Below, in pieces: positions 23,761 to 31,048 of a DNA stretch of 64,000 bases. The DNA is from a virus. Positions within the stretch are counted from its first letter, which is position 1. Each line of letters opens with the position of its first letter. Below the pieces are notes generated by a model, which saw only the letters and a list, made by a program, of their open reading frames with translations, was not told the DNA's origin and made no database searches. The position numbers and the translations under genes are program-made. Location of the stretch: the IMG/VR virus record IMGVR_UViG_3300020473_000016; one strand, written 5' to 3'.

Positions 23761-24156
23761 TTATCTTGTACGTTCTAAGAAGAATTCAACAGCCACTGTT
23801 CTACCATCATCTATTCCAACAATCTGGTAAGATAATTCTACATTAAAACCATTATTTTGAAAATCAGGATTGCATCCTATAGTATCAATTTGTATACGAG
23901 GTTCATATGTTACTAGAGTTTCTGCAATTTCTGCTTTAATCAAAGCAGCAGAACCATAATCTAATGGTTCAAATAATATATTTCTAACTCCACAACCAAG
24001 TGTAGGTTGAAATGGTCTCTCACCCTTTTCAGTAAGGATAAGATTCTGTATTGCTTGTACAATTGCAGCCTTATCCTTCACACAAACGAGATCATCCGTA
24101 ACTGGATGTGTCTTGAATGTGACGCTTAGATCTTTAAACGTCTGGAAGGTGGGCAT
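23761..24156 (-). CDS. gp25: Baseplate wedge subunit gp25
   Basis: FKDLS...HPVTDDL...IQNLILTEKGERPFQP...YEPRI; ATG at 24156 preferred over the TTG at 24171. Confidence 0.92.
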   Translation of the reverse strand: MPTFQTFKDLSVTFKTHPVTDDLVCVKDKAAIVQAIQNLILTEKGERPFQPTLGCGVRNILFEPLDYGSAALIKAEIAETLVTYEPRIQIDTIGCNPDFQNNGFNVELSYQIVGIDDGRTVAVEFFLERTR

Positions 24157-24180
24157 ATGTAGATACAGCAAGGCTGTTTT

Positions 24181-24188
24181 TATTTATC
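24181..24188 (-). promoter_or_regulatory. Late promoter variant (GATAAATA)
   Basis: 25 nt upstream of the gp25 ATG. Confidence 0.55.
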
Positions 24189-24472
24189 TACCCAATGCTA
24201 TAGAACGTATAACTTAAGGTCAGTTCTTGCTGAGGTCTTATAGGTTTTATTGTCTTAATATAATATCTGTCACCTATTTGGTATTTCTCACAGTTAGGTG
24301 TATCACTGTGATTAATGAAACCGCCAAGCGGAGTTCTTATTATCTCTTCGTCTATAATAAGATGAGACATGCCAAGTTCCGCACCTACCGCGAGGGGTAG
24401 ACGCGAAAATAAACCTTGACCTGCTATAGAACTGTAATCTATATAACAGCCTCTAGGTAGTGCTTGGTACAT
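24188..24472 (-). CDS. SET-domain protein (putative lysine methyltransferase)
   Basis: SIAGQGLF, GGFINHSDTPNC and ELTLSY match SET motifs GxG, NHSxxPN and ELxxDY; ATG at 24472 has a GAGG SD. Confidence 0.8.
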   Translation of the reverse strand: MYQALPRGCYIDYSSIAGQGLFSRLPLAVGAELGMSHLIIDEEIIRTPLGGFINHSDTPNCEKYQIGDRYYIKTIKPIRPQQELTLSYTFYSIG

Positions 24473-24632
24473 TTGTTTCCTCACGGCAGCATTCATGTCC
24501 TTCTTCCTGCCTATGCATGTGCTCTAAAACATGCTCTAACTTACTCTCTATCCTTTCCAATACATCTAATAGAGGATCATCATAATAGTACATATTAGAA
24601 TTCTCAGGTGCTCTGGTCTCGTCGTTAGTCAT
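24453..24632 (-). CDS. Hypothetical protein
   Basis: AAGGAG SD before ATG 24632; CTAAATA at 24662-24668 upstream. Confidence 0.6.
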   Translation of the reverse strand: MTNDETRAPENSNMYYYDDPLLDVLERIESKLEHVLEHMHRQEEGHECCREETNVPSTT

Positions 24633-24698
24633 AGTCCTCACTCCTTTATTGAATAATACAATATTTAGTCGGAGATTCGCTCGGCGTTTTCGGCGGTA

Positions 24699-24830
24699 TT
24701 AACCAAAAGTGTGTGTATTGTAACTCTTACGGATAGGAGGATACTTTACCTTCTTCCTAGTAACAGTTTGATATATCTTATAGAGAGTATGGGAAGGTAT
24801 CTCAGAAGTTTTTTGGGTGAGTAACAACAT
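24699..24830 (-). CDS. Small basic hypothetical protein (43 aa)
   Basis: Hand translation MLLLTQKTSE...KKVKYPPIRKSYNTHTFG; fills a gap in the operon; start uncertain. Confidence 0.5.
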   Translation of the reverse strand: MLLLTQKTSEIPSHTLYKIYQTVTRKKVKYPPIRKSYNTHTFG

Positions 24831-24951
24831 CTCCATGTATTTCTCCTATATCGTCTATGTGTGCATGATCAATCTTCTCAATATGAAGATGTTCTAAAGA
24901 ATTAGCAATTCTTTCGAGTGCATTAGCAATGCGTGTAAAATCTTCGCTCAT
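24802..24951 (-). CDS. His-rich micro-protein (49 aa)
   Basis: MSEDFTRIANALERIANSLEHLHIEKIDHAHIDDIGEIHGDVVTHPKNF; ATGA overlap with the upstream stop. Confidence 0.65.
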   Translation of the reverse strand: MSEDFTRIANALERIANSLEHLHIEKIDHAHIDDIGEIHGDVVTHPKNF

Positions 24952-25136
24952 TTTAAATGTGATGTACCTGAATCTAAGTGTTCTTCCATTTTCTTATTAA
25001 TCTCCTCCATCTTTGCCTCCACAGACTCTGGCGTTGCCATAACCCTGTATAAGACTTTATCTCTCGTAGAGAGTTCATTAATCATCTTAGTGACTTGTTC
25101 CCACAAATGATCAGAACCCACGCCCTTCATGCTCAT
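24948..25136 (-). CDS. Hypothetical protein
   Basis: 62-aa ORF with ATGA couplings on both sides. Confidence 0.65.
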   Translation of the reverse strand: MSMKGVGSDHLWEQVTKMINELSTRDKVLYRVMATPESVEAKMEEINKKMEEHLDSGTSHLK

Positions 25137-25267
25137 TTGCCCTGACCTCTGTAACGCTTACGAGCACCATTGCGAGAAGATGCTGAGAGTTTTGTGTTCT
25201 TACTCTTACCTTGCCTAGTCACCTTTGCTGGTGGTGCTTGGTATTCTGAGTTGTTATAAAGTGCCAT
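25133..25267 (-). CDS. Small basic protein (44 aa)
   Basis: MALYNNSEYQAPPAKVTRQGKSKNTKLSASSRNGARKRYRGQGK; TAATG overlap with the upstream stop. Confidence 0.7.
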   Translation of the reverse strand: MALYNNSEYQAPPAKVTRQGKSKNTKLSASSRNGARKRYRGQGK

Positions 25268-25680
25268 TAACCTGACCTACGTGTTCCTATGTGTATTGTA
25301 GCACCAATACCAGGTGGTTGGCAAGTCCTTTGTTGGGAAGTGTTACCACATACACTATAATCCCCGACCAGTGCTATAGGTCTTCCATTAAACTTAACCT
25401 TCTGACATTTCAGATCATCATCATTAAATGTTCGTGATGTTGCAGTACAACCTGTTAAGGTTCTTGGAACTCCTGGAACTGGTGCTGGTGTTGCAGCACT
25501 GTTATATGCTAACAACGGAGCTTTCTCGATAAAAATCTTACCACCAGCAACTCTACCAATTCCTGTGGTTCTAGCAACATTAGGTGCAGGTGCACCTCCT
25601 AATGCAAGAGGGTTATAGAAACAGTTAGGATCTTGAGTGGGCGAATCTAATGTTCCTGGATGTACTATCTGTAATGCCAT
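25267..25680 (-). CDS. Divergent PAAR-like spike-tip protein (gp5.4-like)
   Basis: KVKFNGRPIALVGD resembles the PAAR VxINGxPxAxxGD motif; several Cys; ends ATIHIG; located near gp25. Confidence 0.6.
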   Translation of the reverse strand: MALQIVHPGTLDSPTQDPNCFYNPLALGGAPAPNVARTTGIGRVAGGKIFIEKAPLLAYNSAATPAPVPGVPRTLTGCTATSRTFNDDDLKCQKVKFNGRPIALVGDYSVCGNTSQQRTCQPPGIGATIHIGTRRSG

Positions 25681-25913
25681 TACCTTATTCTATTTCCGAA
25701 TTTTACTAAGTCCACTTTCAGACCCTCGACGTTATTGTGCAAATAATCTAAAGTATCAGAGACGGTTTCGTAATCACTCGACGATGGTCGTCGGTACATT
25801 AACGATGGCCGCTCGAGCTGGGATATCCTCTGCTCCTGTTCTTGGCACTTCTCTGACAACATCAGGAGTGCCTGTTCCAATTTCTTCTGATTTGCTAATA
25901 ACTCTTCCATCAT
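25680..25913 (-). CDS. Coiled-coil hypothetical protein
   Basis: GGAG SD 6 nt before ATG 25913 (MMEELLANQKK...); TAATG coupling to the PAAR-like gene. Confidence 0.65.
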   Translation of the reverse strand: MMEELLANQKKLEQALLMLSEKCQEQEQRISQLERPSLMYRRPSSSDYETVSDTLDYLHNNVEGLKVDLVKFGNRIR

Positions 25914-26022
25914 TTTGATCTCCACGTAAGAAGGCGTTTGCGGCTCGACTCTCAAATTCATCACAGAACTCATCGAAGTGATTCAGAATGTGCTCATAGT
26001 TTAGTTCGGGTTTTTCAGTCAT
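25774..26022 (-). CDS. Acidic hypothetical protein overlapping the next gene
   Basis: First ATG after the CTAAATA promoter; N-terminus NYEHILNHFDEFCDEFESRAA looks protein-like. Confidence 0.6.
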   Translation of the reverse strand: MTEKPELNYEHILNHFDEFCDEFESRAANAFLRGDQNDGRVISKSEEIGTGTPDVVREVPRTGAEDIPARAAIVNVPTTIVE

Positions 26023-26079
26023 TTTTTACCGCGGAAATTTTTTTCAAATTTATGGTTTTAAAAAAACCATTTTCAAATT

Positions 26080-26086
26080 TATTTAG
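26080..26086 (-). promoter_or_regulatory. Late promoter variant (CTAAATA) heading the baseplate operon
   Basis: In the intergenic region upstream of 26022. Confidence 0.55.
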
Positions 26087-26178
26087 CTGTCGTCTGGATA
26101 CTTTTGTAGGTTAGCTCTTTTGGATTTTCGCTCGGGCTAAGGGGGTAGGGGTCGCACACCCCAAAACACTGTCCGTGC

Positions 26179-26880
26179 TCACCGTGTTGCGATCCACTGT
26201 GGATCTGTGGTGACACATCCGACAGGTGCAAATCCTGTAAGTGTGCGATAATCCCAAATGAATTTCAATTTTTGTTCTTTAATCGGTCCACCTCTGCGAC
26301 CTGCCATGTCTGCTGTTGGTTGGTCTATGGCATTCAATTTGAATTTAACAGGTGAATTCTTTGCAGTCTCACCCACCCAACCTGATTTCCATGCATCTGG
26401 TTTGCCATGTCTATCATATGATTTTAATGCAAGGCGTGTCATAAATTTGTCTAGCATAGGACGTGTCATTACAAACCACTCATTGCCACCTGCCTGTTCT
26501 GAATAAAAATGCTTATAACGCTCAGGCACTTTATGGTCATGTCCATGTAGTGTTGAATATCCTTGCTTACGGAGTAGGGTATGTATCCACTCTTCGGACC
26601 AACCACAATTATTCACTGCAAGCATGTCTATAATAATTTGATCACCAGCGAGTTTAGTGCGTGACCCCTGCATGATTTCCCATGCAGCAGATTCGCCACC
26701 AGCAGCAAGACCAATTTTGACAGCGACGTATTGTGACTTGTCATTAGTCACGGCGTTGTCCTTTGATGTCCAAACGTATATGCTACCAGGTGCGAACTTT
26801 AAATTTCCAGGTTGTAAGTGTGAAGGATCTGCTACGCTTCCAAACTTATGACCTTTAGGGAGTGATGTTCTTGTTGGCAT
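26179..26880 (-). CDS. T5orf172/MUG113 (GIY-YIG-like) domain protein
   Basis: GSIYVW...VAVKIGLA...SEEWIHTLL...GGNEWF pattern; ATG at 26880 preferred. Confidence 0.6.
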   Translation of the reverse strand: MPTRTSLPKGHKFGSVADPSHLQPGNLKFAPGSIYVWTSKDNAVTNDKSQYVAVKIGLAAGGESAAWEIMQGSRTKLAGDQIIIDMLAVNNCGWSEEWIHTLLRKQGYSTLHGHDHKVPERYKHFYSEQAGGNEWFVMTRPMLDKFMTRLALKSYDRHGKPDAWKSGWVGETAKNSPVKFKLNAIDQPTADMAGRRGGPIKEQKLKFIWDYRTLTGFAPVGCVTTDPQWIATR

Positions 26881-26908
26881 GATGTAGAGAGAAAGAGAGT
26901 TGAACAAT

Positions 26909-26944
26909 AAAAAAAAATCGGGTCGCCGTTAGTGGCGATCCGAT
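26909..26944 (-). terminator. Rho-independent terminator
   Basis: Minus strand ATCGGATCGCC-ACTAAC-GGCGACCCGAT followed by a long T run. Confidence 0.8.
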
Positions 26945-27096
26945 ATGTACCAAGTCCCACCAGTGGGAACTTCAAGTGTTTCAAAATTGCGTTTTGCCAT
27001 TGCGTCAAGGGCAGCACGTACAACTGGATCTTTAGATGCGGTCTCATTCATTAAGACCTGTCCGTTGTAGAATGATTTTAGTTCTTTGTTGTTCAT
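26929..27096 (-). CDS. Hypothetical protein (55 aa), probably leaderless
   Basis: MNNKELKSFYNGQVLMNETASKDPVVRAALDAM...; ATG 6 nt after TATACT. Confidence 0.7.
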   Translation of the reverse strand: MNNKELKSFYNGQVLMNETASKDPVVRAALDAMAKRNFETLEVPTGGTWYISDRH

Positions 27097-27102
27097 GTCT
27101 TA

Positions 27103-27160
27103 AGTATAAACAGAAAATGCCCCAAGTGGGGGCATTAGTGGACACTAATCCGATTGGCAC
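27103..27160 (-). promoter_or_regulatory. Palindrome promoter P1
   Basis: tggacacta-atcc-gattggcac (27139-27160); 30-bp gap; TATACT. Confidence 0.75.
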
Positions 27161-27291
27161 AGACTAGGGTCGATTCTGCAAATTTGTTCGTTACGCTGTT
27201 CGAGGTTCTCCCACAATTGAGCGTCACGGATGGCAAGTGCTACATTCGCACCGATTGCGATAACCACGCCAGCAAGAATAATTCTGATCAT
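27145..27291 (-). CDS. Small membrane or secreted protein (48 aa)
   Basis: MIRIILAGVVIAIGANVALAIRD...CRIDPSLCQSD; hydrophobic N-terminus; ATGA coupling. Confidence 0.65.
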   Translation of the reverse strand: MIRIILAGVVIAIGANVALAIRDAQLWENLEQRNEQICRIDPSLCQSD

Positions 27292-27443
27292 GCGTGGTTC
27301 AATGTGAATTCACAACGAATGCCAGCACCTTGATAAAATGCGAGCATCTCCTGTGCTTTCGCAAAACTGCTAAACGTTATATGCCTTGGTTGACCTTGGT
27401 CGAATGGCATCCAATAGCGAATAGTGTTTTTTGATGATTGCAT
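27288..27443 (-). CDS. Hypothetical protein (51 aa)
   Basis: Start moved to MQSSKNTIRYW because promoter P2 lies inside the longer ORF-track version. Confidence 0.65.
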   Translation of the reverse strand: MQSSKNTIRYWMPFDQGQPRHITFSSFAKAQEMLAFYQGAGIRCEFTLNHA

Positions 27444-27466
27444 AGAATGATTTGCTGTATAGTGTA

Positions 27467-27524
27467 AGTATAGGACATAACAAGCACGTCGCAAGACAGT
27501 TAGTGCCAGTTTAAAAATTGCCAT
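27467..27524 (-). promoter_or_regulatory. Palindrome promoter P2
   Basis: gtgccagtt-taaa-aattgccat (27503-27524); 30-bp gap; TATACT. Confidence 0.75.
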
Positions 27525-27562
27525 ACCTTCTATCCTGGGAAGGTATGGCATAGTGTAGGATG

Positions 27563-27868
27563 TCAAGTCAAACTCATGTACGTAAGCACTTGCGAGATCA
27601 TCACGGCATCCTGTCTGAATTGTTTTTTGTATGCTGCTGCGATACAGTGAAAGTTGACCAGCATATCGTCAACCTCAGAGTCTGGGAGTTCAACGTAGAG
27701 AATCTTGCAGTCCTCACGCTTGCCCTTCCAAAATCCTTCACCGTCGATAAATGTTCCGTACTCAAGGAGTGGCATCACTTCGCGTCTGATAAAATCATCC
27801 ATCATTGCGTCGGTGACTTTGCCGTTGTCTGGGATATCGCGTCCCATGGTTAGTTCAAGTCGGATCAT
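27563..27868 (-). CDS. DUF3574-like protein
   Basis: ELTMGRDIPDNGKVTD...FIRREVMP...DGEGFWKG..RE..KIL...AYKKQFRQDAV matches my recollection of DUF3574. Confidence 0.65.
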   Translation of the reverse strand: MIRLELTMGRDIPDNGKVTDAMMDDFIRREVMPLLEYGTFIDGEGFWKGKREDCKILYVELPDSEVDDMLVNFHCIAAAYKKQFRQDAVMISQVLTYMSLT

Positions 27869-27890
27869 AGAAATTCGTTGGTACAATACA

Positions 27891-27948
27891 AGTATAACAA
27901 AAAACCCTCACCGTGTAAGGTAAGGGTGTCCAGTTATTCTATTGGCAC
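27891..27948 (-). promoter_or_regulatory. Palindrome promoter P3
   Basis: tgtccagtt-attc-tattggcac (27927-27948); 30-bp gap; TATACT. Confidence 0.75.
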
Positions 27949-28097
27949 ATCTCTTCAAATCTTTTGATTGCGAGTCGTGCTGCCTTGTCTGCGATCTCAT
28001 CCTCAGAGTAGACTCCCTTGTTTAACCTTGCTTCAAGTTCGGTTAAGCAGTCGTCAAAAATTCCTTCAAGGATTGCTTCGTTTTGTAGGGTGGACAT
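27939..28097 (-). CDS. Acidic hypothetical protein (52 aa)
   Basis: MSTLQNEAILEGIFDDCL...KRFEEMCQ; the stop lies inside the palindrome. Confidence 0.7.
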   Translation of the reverse strand: MSTLQNEAILEGIFDDCLTELEARLNKGVYSEDEIADKAARLAIKRFEEMCQ

Positions 28098-28121
28098 AGA
28101 CCTTCGATTGATTACATTTTA

Positions 28122-28179
28122 AATATAAACCATTTTTGAACAGAATGGTGAAACTGTGTGCCAGTTTGTCAACTGGTCT
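28122..28179 (-). promoter_or_regulatory. Palindrome promoter P4
   Basis: gtgccagtt-tgtc-aactggtct (28158-28179); 30-bp gap; TATATT. Confidence 0.75.
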
Positions 28180-28306
28180 CTATTTGGATGATTGGTTCCC
28201 ATACATCCAGTACAATGTCAGCACGTGCTGCTGCCTCACTTAAGAGGTCGGTAATCTGCTCACGCTCTCTAAACGTGAGCAAATCATAAATGTCGTAACG
28301 CATCAT
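28169..28306 (-). CDS. Hypothetical protein (45 aa)
   Basis: MMRYDIYDLLTFREREQITDLL...; ATGA coupling; stop inside the palindrome. Confidence 0.6.
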   Translation of the reverse strand: MMRYDIYDLLTFREREQITDLLSEAAARADIVLDVWEPIIQIETS

Positions 28307-28482
28307 GCAAATAAGGGACGCATGTAATCTTTGAACTGTTCACGCTTGTAATCAGCGAGAACTCTCAACTCATCTTCAGGTAATATATACCCTTCGAGTT
28401 TCATCTCATCATAACATGCTTGAGAGATGCCCTTGTCTGTGATGTCGTACTCATGCAGTTGCACGTGTTTAAAAAATGACAT
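28303..28482 (-). CDS. Hypothetical protein
   Basis: MSFFKHVQLHEYDITDKGI...; TAATG coupling at 28482. Confidence 0.65.
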   Translation of the reverse strand: MSFFKHVQLHEYDITDKGISQACYDEMKLEGYILPEDELRVLADYKREQFKDYMRPLFA

Positions 28483-28727
28483 TAACCCATACCCCAATAT
28501 TTGAGATCTGTGCCAGCGTGCATTTCGTTAAACATGGACTGGATTTCGTAGTAGTCTGCGTCATCCCATTTCACACCGTCACGTGTTTCAAAAAATCCAC
28601 AGTCGTTTTTCATTACGTTCTTGAATTCTGTGAATCCACAGCACTCAAGTGCGAGACGGTAAAGGCACTCTGTATTCTGAATCCAGAGAGCGACGTTCCA
28701 AGTCTCGTAATCTTTCCAACCGTTCAT
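28482..28727 (-). CDS. Conserved phage hypothetical protein (NGWxxYETWNVALW family)
   Basis: Recognisable N-terminal motif MNGWKDYETWNVALWIQN. Confidence 0.7.
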   Translation of the reverse strand: MNGWKDYETWNVALWIQNTECLYRLALECCGFTEFKNVMKNDCGFFETRDGVKWDDADYYEIQSMFNEMHAGTDLKYWGMG

Positions 28728-28755
28728 AAAATGCTTTGATTTGTTTGACTCTTTA

Positions 28756-28813
28756 AATATAAACGATTTTGAGTGAGAATAGGGAAAGTGTGTGCCACTA
28801 ATATAATTGGCAC
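28756..28813 (-). promoter_or_regulatory. Palindrome promoter P5
   Basis: gtgccacta-atat-aattggcac (28792-28813); 30-bp gap; TATATT. Confidence 0.75.
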
Positions 28814-28910
28814 GAGGTCAGCCAGAATTTTGTTTCATTATGTAACGATATTGTCTATATGGGTGCATCTGTGTTTATAATGGAAGGGTTCAAATGAATT
28901 CAATCATTTT

Positions 28911-29240
28911 ATGCCAGTCGCAACCGTTTCCAAGTCAACCGCAGCAAAACCAGCACGCAAGACAAGGACACGCAAAGCACCTGCTAAAAAAACAGCAGTA
29001 CGCAAAGTCACCGTTACAACCTTCAAAGGTGGCAAGGCAGTCGCAAAGATCACAACTCTCAAACGTCCTTCATCTCGCAACCTGATTTCAAGTGATCGCT
29101 ATCTCAAGGATTTTCAGACAAGATGGGCAATCCATTCATTTGAGATCCAAGAATTAGTTAAGGACTTTCGCAAGGGTTTCGATTTCATCACTCCCTATCA
29201 CGCTCAACTCGTAAATCAAGTTAAGCAGTGGACAGTTTAG
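28911..29240 (+). CDS. Basic protein with a Lys/Arg/Ala/Thr-rich histone-tail-like N-terminus
   Basis: KSTAAKPARKTRTRKAPAKKTAVRK; TATAAT at 28876-28881 upstream; terminator downstream. Confidence 0.7.
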   Translation: MPVATVSKSTAAKPARKTRTRKAPAKKTAVRKVTVTTFKGGKAVAKITTLKRPSSRNLISSDRYLKDFQTRWAIHSFEIQELVKDFRKGFDFITPYHAQLVNQVKQWTV

Positions 29241-29286
29241 AAAGTTGCACACAAGCACCCCACAGGGTGCTTTTTTCATGTATTAT
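29229..29286 (+). promoter_or_regulatory. Palindrome promoter P6 (plus strand)
   Basis: tggacagtt-taga-aagttgcac (29229-29250); 30-bp gap; TG-TATTAT. Confidence 0.7.
29253..29276 (+). terminator. Rho-independent terminator
   Basis: AAGCACCC-CACA-GGGTGC followed by T6. Confidence 0.8.
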
Positions 29287-29314
29287 TAAAGAGTAAAGCA
29301 ATTCACTTCATTTC

Positions 29315-29461
29315 ATGCCCTACAACCAAGACTTCGTTGAATCACGTGCCGAAGACATCTTTGACGGTTGGGTTCAAGAGTTTTTCAGAGACCTAACCGA
29401 ATTGGATGAACAGGCACTATACTCCCTCGCTCTAGACACTGCGATTGCCGAAGCACTTTAA
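29315..29461 (+). CDS. Acidic hypothetical protein (48 aa)
   Basis: MPYNQDFVESRAEDIFDGWVQEFFRDLTELDEQALYSLALDTAIAEAL; sits between P6 and a terminator. Confidence 0.65.
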   Translation: MPYNQDFVESRAEDIFDGWVQEFFRDLTELDEQALYSLALDTAIAEAL

Positions 29462-29492
29462 AAAATATCACCCCTCGAAAGAGGGGTATTTT
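29462..29492. terminator. Probable bidirectional terminator
   Basis: ACCCCTC-GAAA-GAGGGGT flanked by A and T runs, between convergent genes. Confidence 0.7.
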
Positions 29493-29514
29493 CATGCCCA
29501 AAAAAAGAACGGTC

Positions 29515-29697
29515 TTAGAGACCGTTCATGTAATCGTGAAGAGCATCTCTGTACTCTTCGTAATTTGAGTAGCGATCTTTGAACGCAGCAGGGACCTCTT
29601 GAGAGATCGCTGCTTCCATGCTTTCATGGATTTCACGAGACGTGTATCCCTTTTGAGTGAGTTGGGGATAGAACTCATTTAAAATTGAATCATTCAT
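29515..29697 (-). CDS. Hypothetical protein, probably leaderless
   Basis: MNDSILNEFYPQL...; ATG 6 nt after TATAAT. Confidence 0.7.
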   Translation of the reverse strand: MNDSILNEFYPQLTQKGYTSREIHESMEAAISQEVPAAFKDRYSNYEEYRDALHDYMNGL

Positions 29698-29703
29698 ATA
29701 CTC

Positions 29704-29762
29704 ATTATACACACACAACAGACCCAAATAGGAAAAATGTGTGCCAGTTTCTCAACTGTCTT
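29704..29762 (-). promoter_or_regulatory. Palindrome promoter P7
   Basis: gtgccagtt-tctc-aactgtctt (29741-29762); 31-bp gap; TATAAT. Confidence 0.75.
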
Positions 29763-30075
29763 CGGCAGCTGACTTGTGAACTGGAAATGATAATGTTTCA
29801 CCTGGTTTCATTGAGTAAGTTGTAACCCCTTTGTCATCGGGTGTCCATGCTTTGACATCTTTAACATTGTCACAAAGATCTTTCCATAACTCTTCATCAT
29901 ATGTTTCAATATGTTCTCTAAGGTCATGGTATCCCAAACCTTGATGATAATCGCAAAGCGTATCATAAACATATTGGTACATGGTCTTCCAATCCATACC
30001 ATCTGCAACGATTTCGGAATACTGTTCAGCGATGGCATCAAGTTGGGCAGCGTTCATAGAGTTTGAATTAGACAT
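29752..30075 (-). CDS. Hypothetical protein, probably leaderless
   Basis: MSNSNSMNAAQLDAIAEQY...; ATG 6 nt after TATAAT. Confidence 0.7.
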   Translation of the reverse strand: MSNSNSMNAAQLDAIAEQYSEIVADGMDWKTMYQYVYDTLCDYHQGLGYHDLREHIETYDEELWKDLCDNVKDVKAWTPDDKGVTTYSMKPGETLSFPVHKSAAEDS

Positions 30076-30081
30076 AGTAAT

Positions 30082-30138
30082 ATTATACCATATGGCGAGC
30101 ACAGGTCAGCTGACCTCAGACAGTTTGACAGGTGGCAC
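30082..30138 (-). promoter_or_regulatory. Palindrome promoter P8
   Basis: cagacagtt-tgac-aggtggcac (30117-30138); 29-bp gap; TGG-TATAAT. Confidence 0.7.
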
Positions 30139-30152
30139 ACCTTCGGTTGATA

Positions 30153-30311
30153 TCACCTGTAACTTGGTGTAATATAGTACTCTCCGTCATAGTAGTCTTG
30201 ATCAACCCAATTCTTTATACCTATGTCTTCACCATACGTATTAATTAACTCTTCTCTTTGTTCATTTAATTCATTAATGAAAAACTGTTTGTTCTTGTTA
30301 ACATTTTCCAT
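30153..30311 (-). CDS. Hypothetical protein (52 aa)
   Basis: MENVNKNKQFFINELNEQREELINTYGEDIG...; TATAAT at 30338-30343. Confidence 0.55.
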   Translation of the reverse strand: MENVNKNKQFFINELNEQREELINTYGEDIGIKNWVDQDYYDGEYYITPSYR

Positions 30312-30387
30312 AATAGATTAGAGCGAGGTTAGTATTAATTATAACACAGCATGTGTTAAACACGCTCTGTTAAATCTTAAGTTTTTA

Positions 30388-30442
30388 TAAAAACAAAAAA
30401 ACGCACTTTCTGAGAATATCAAAAAACTCAAAAAGTGCGTTT
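30388..30442 (-). terminator. Long stem-loop, probable terminator
   Basis: 15 of 16 bp stem (30399-30414 with 30427-30442), 12-nt loop, T-rich tail on the minus strand. Confidence 0.55.
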
Positions 30443-30449
30443 CTTAAGT

Positions 30450-30797
30450 TTATGCAACTTCGAGAGTTTCTGAGTTATGTAATATCATACCATCAAAGAA
30501 TGGTACAATTTTACCTCTGAAACTTACGAACCATTCAAATTGCTTTTGAAACACACCTGCACCGTATTTGACTTCATCAAGTAATGCATTTAGTCTGGAC
30601 TTAGTAGTCACAGTCTCCCATCCGCATGATGATATCTTTAATGCACGTGTGTTATGGTCATACGTAGCAATGTTATGACCATGTAAATAAACTGAACTGC
30701 AATTTGTATTCTCATTGTAATGAACATCGGTGTTAGATCCAGACCAGTTGCCTTTGTTGCTAACTGCGAAGTTCATTTGCTTTTCAAGTTTACGCAT
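30450..30797 (-). CDS. Conserved cyanophage-type hypothetical protein
   Basis: Start moved to MRKLEKQMNFAV; VYLHGHNIA...GWETVTTKSRLNALL motif. Confidence 0.7.
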   Translation of the reverse strand: MRKLEKQMNFAVSNKGNWSGSNTDVHYNENTNCSSVYLHGHNIATYDHNTRALKISSCGWETVTTKSRLNALLDEVKYGAGVFQKQFEWFVSFRGKIVPFFDGMILHNSETLEVA

Positions 30798-30826
30798 GAA
30801 TGTAAGAAAGAATAGGTTAATAAAAG

Positions 30827-30847
30827 TTTTCAACAGGGTGTGGAAAA
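30827..30847. promoter_or_regulatory. Inverted pair of DnaA-box-like 9-mers
   Basis: TTTTCAACA-ggg-TGTGGAAAA in an intergenic gap. Confidence 0.45.
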
Positions 30848-30853
30848 ACATCA

Positions 30854-31042
30854 CTAAACCACAGGGTCTAGTGATGCTTCTATTGATGCGTCCAATTTGG
30901 CATTTAATGTCCAAAGGTTTTGGCACTCATCGTCATCCTGTATGAAAGGGTTGTCAAGAGCACGATCCAAAGAGGCAACGTATGCTTGTGCTTCTTCGAT
31001 TGTGAGTTCTAGAGTGATCATGTTGGGAACTTTGTTTGACAT
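30854..31042 (-). CDS. Hypothetical protein, probably leaderless
   Basis: ATG 6 nt after TATAAT. Confidence 0.65.
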   Translation of the reverse strand: MSNKVPNMITLELTIEEAQAYVASLDRALDNPFIQDDDECQNLWTLNAKLDASIEASLDPVV

Positions 31043-31048
31043 GTACTT

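Noticed and set aside
28829-28846. Possible RpaB/HLR1 site (GTTACATA-AT-GAAACAAA on the minus strand)
   Set aside because: Single occurrence with two mismatches in one half, in AT-rich DNA; chance is plausible.
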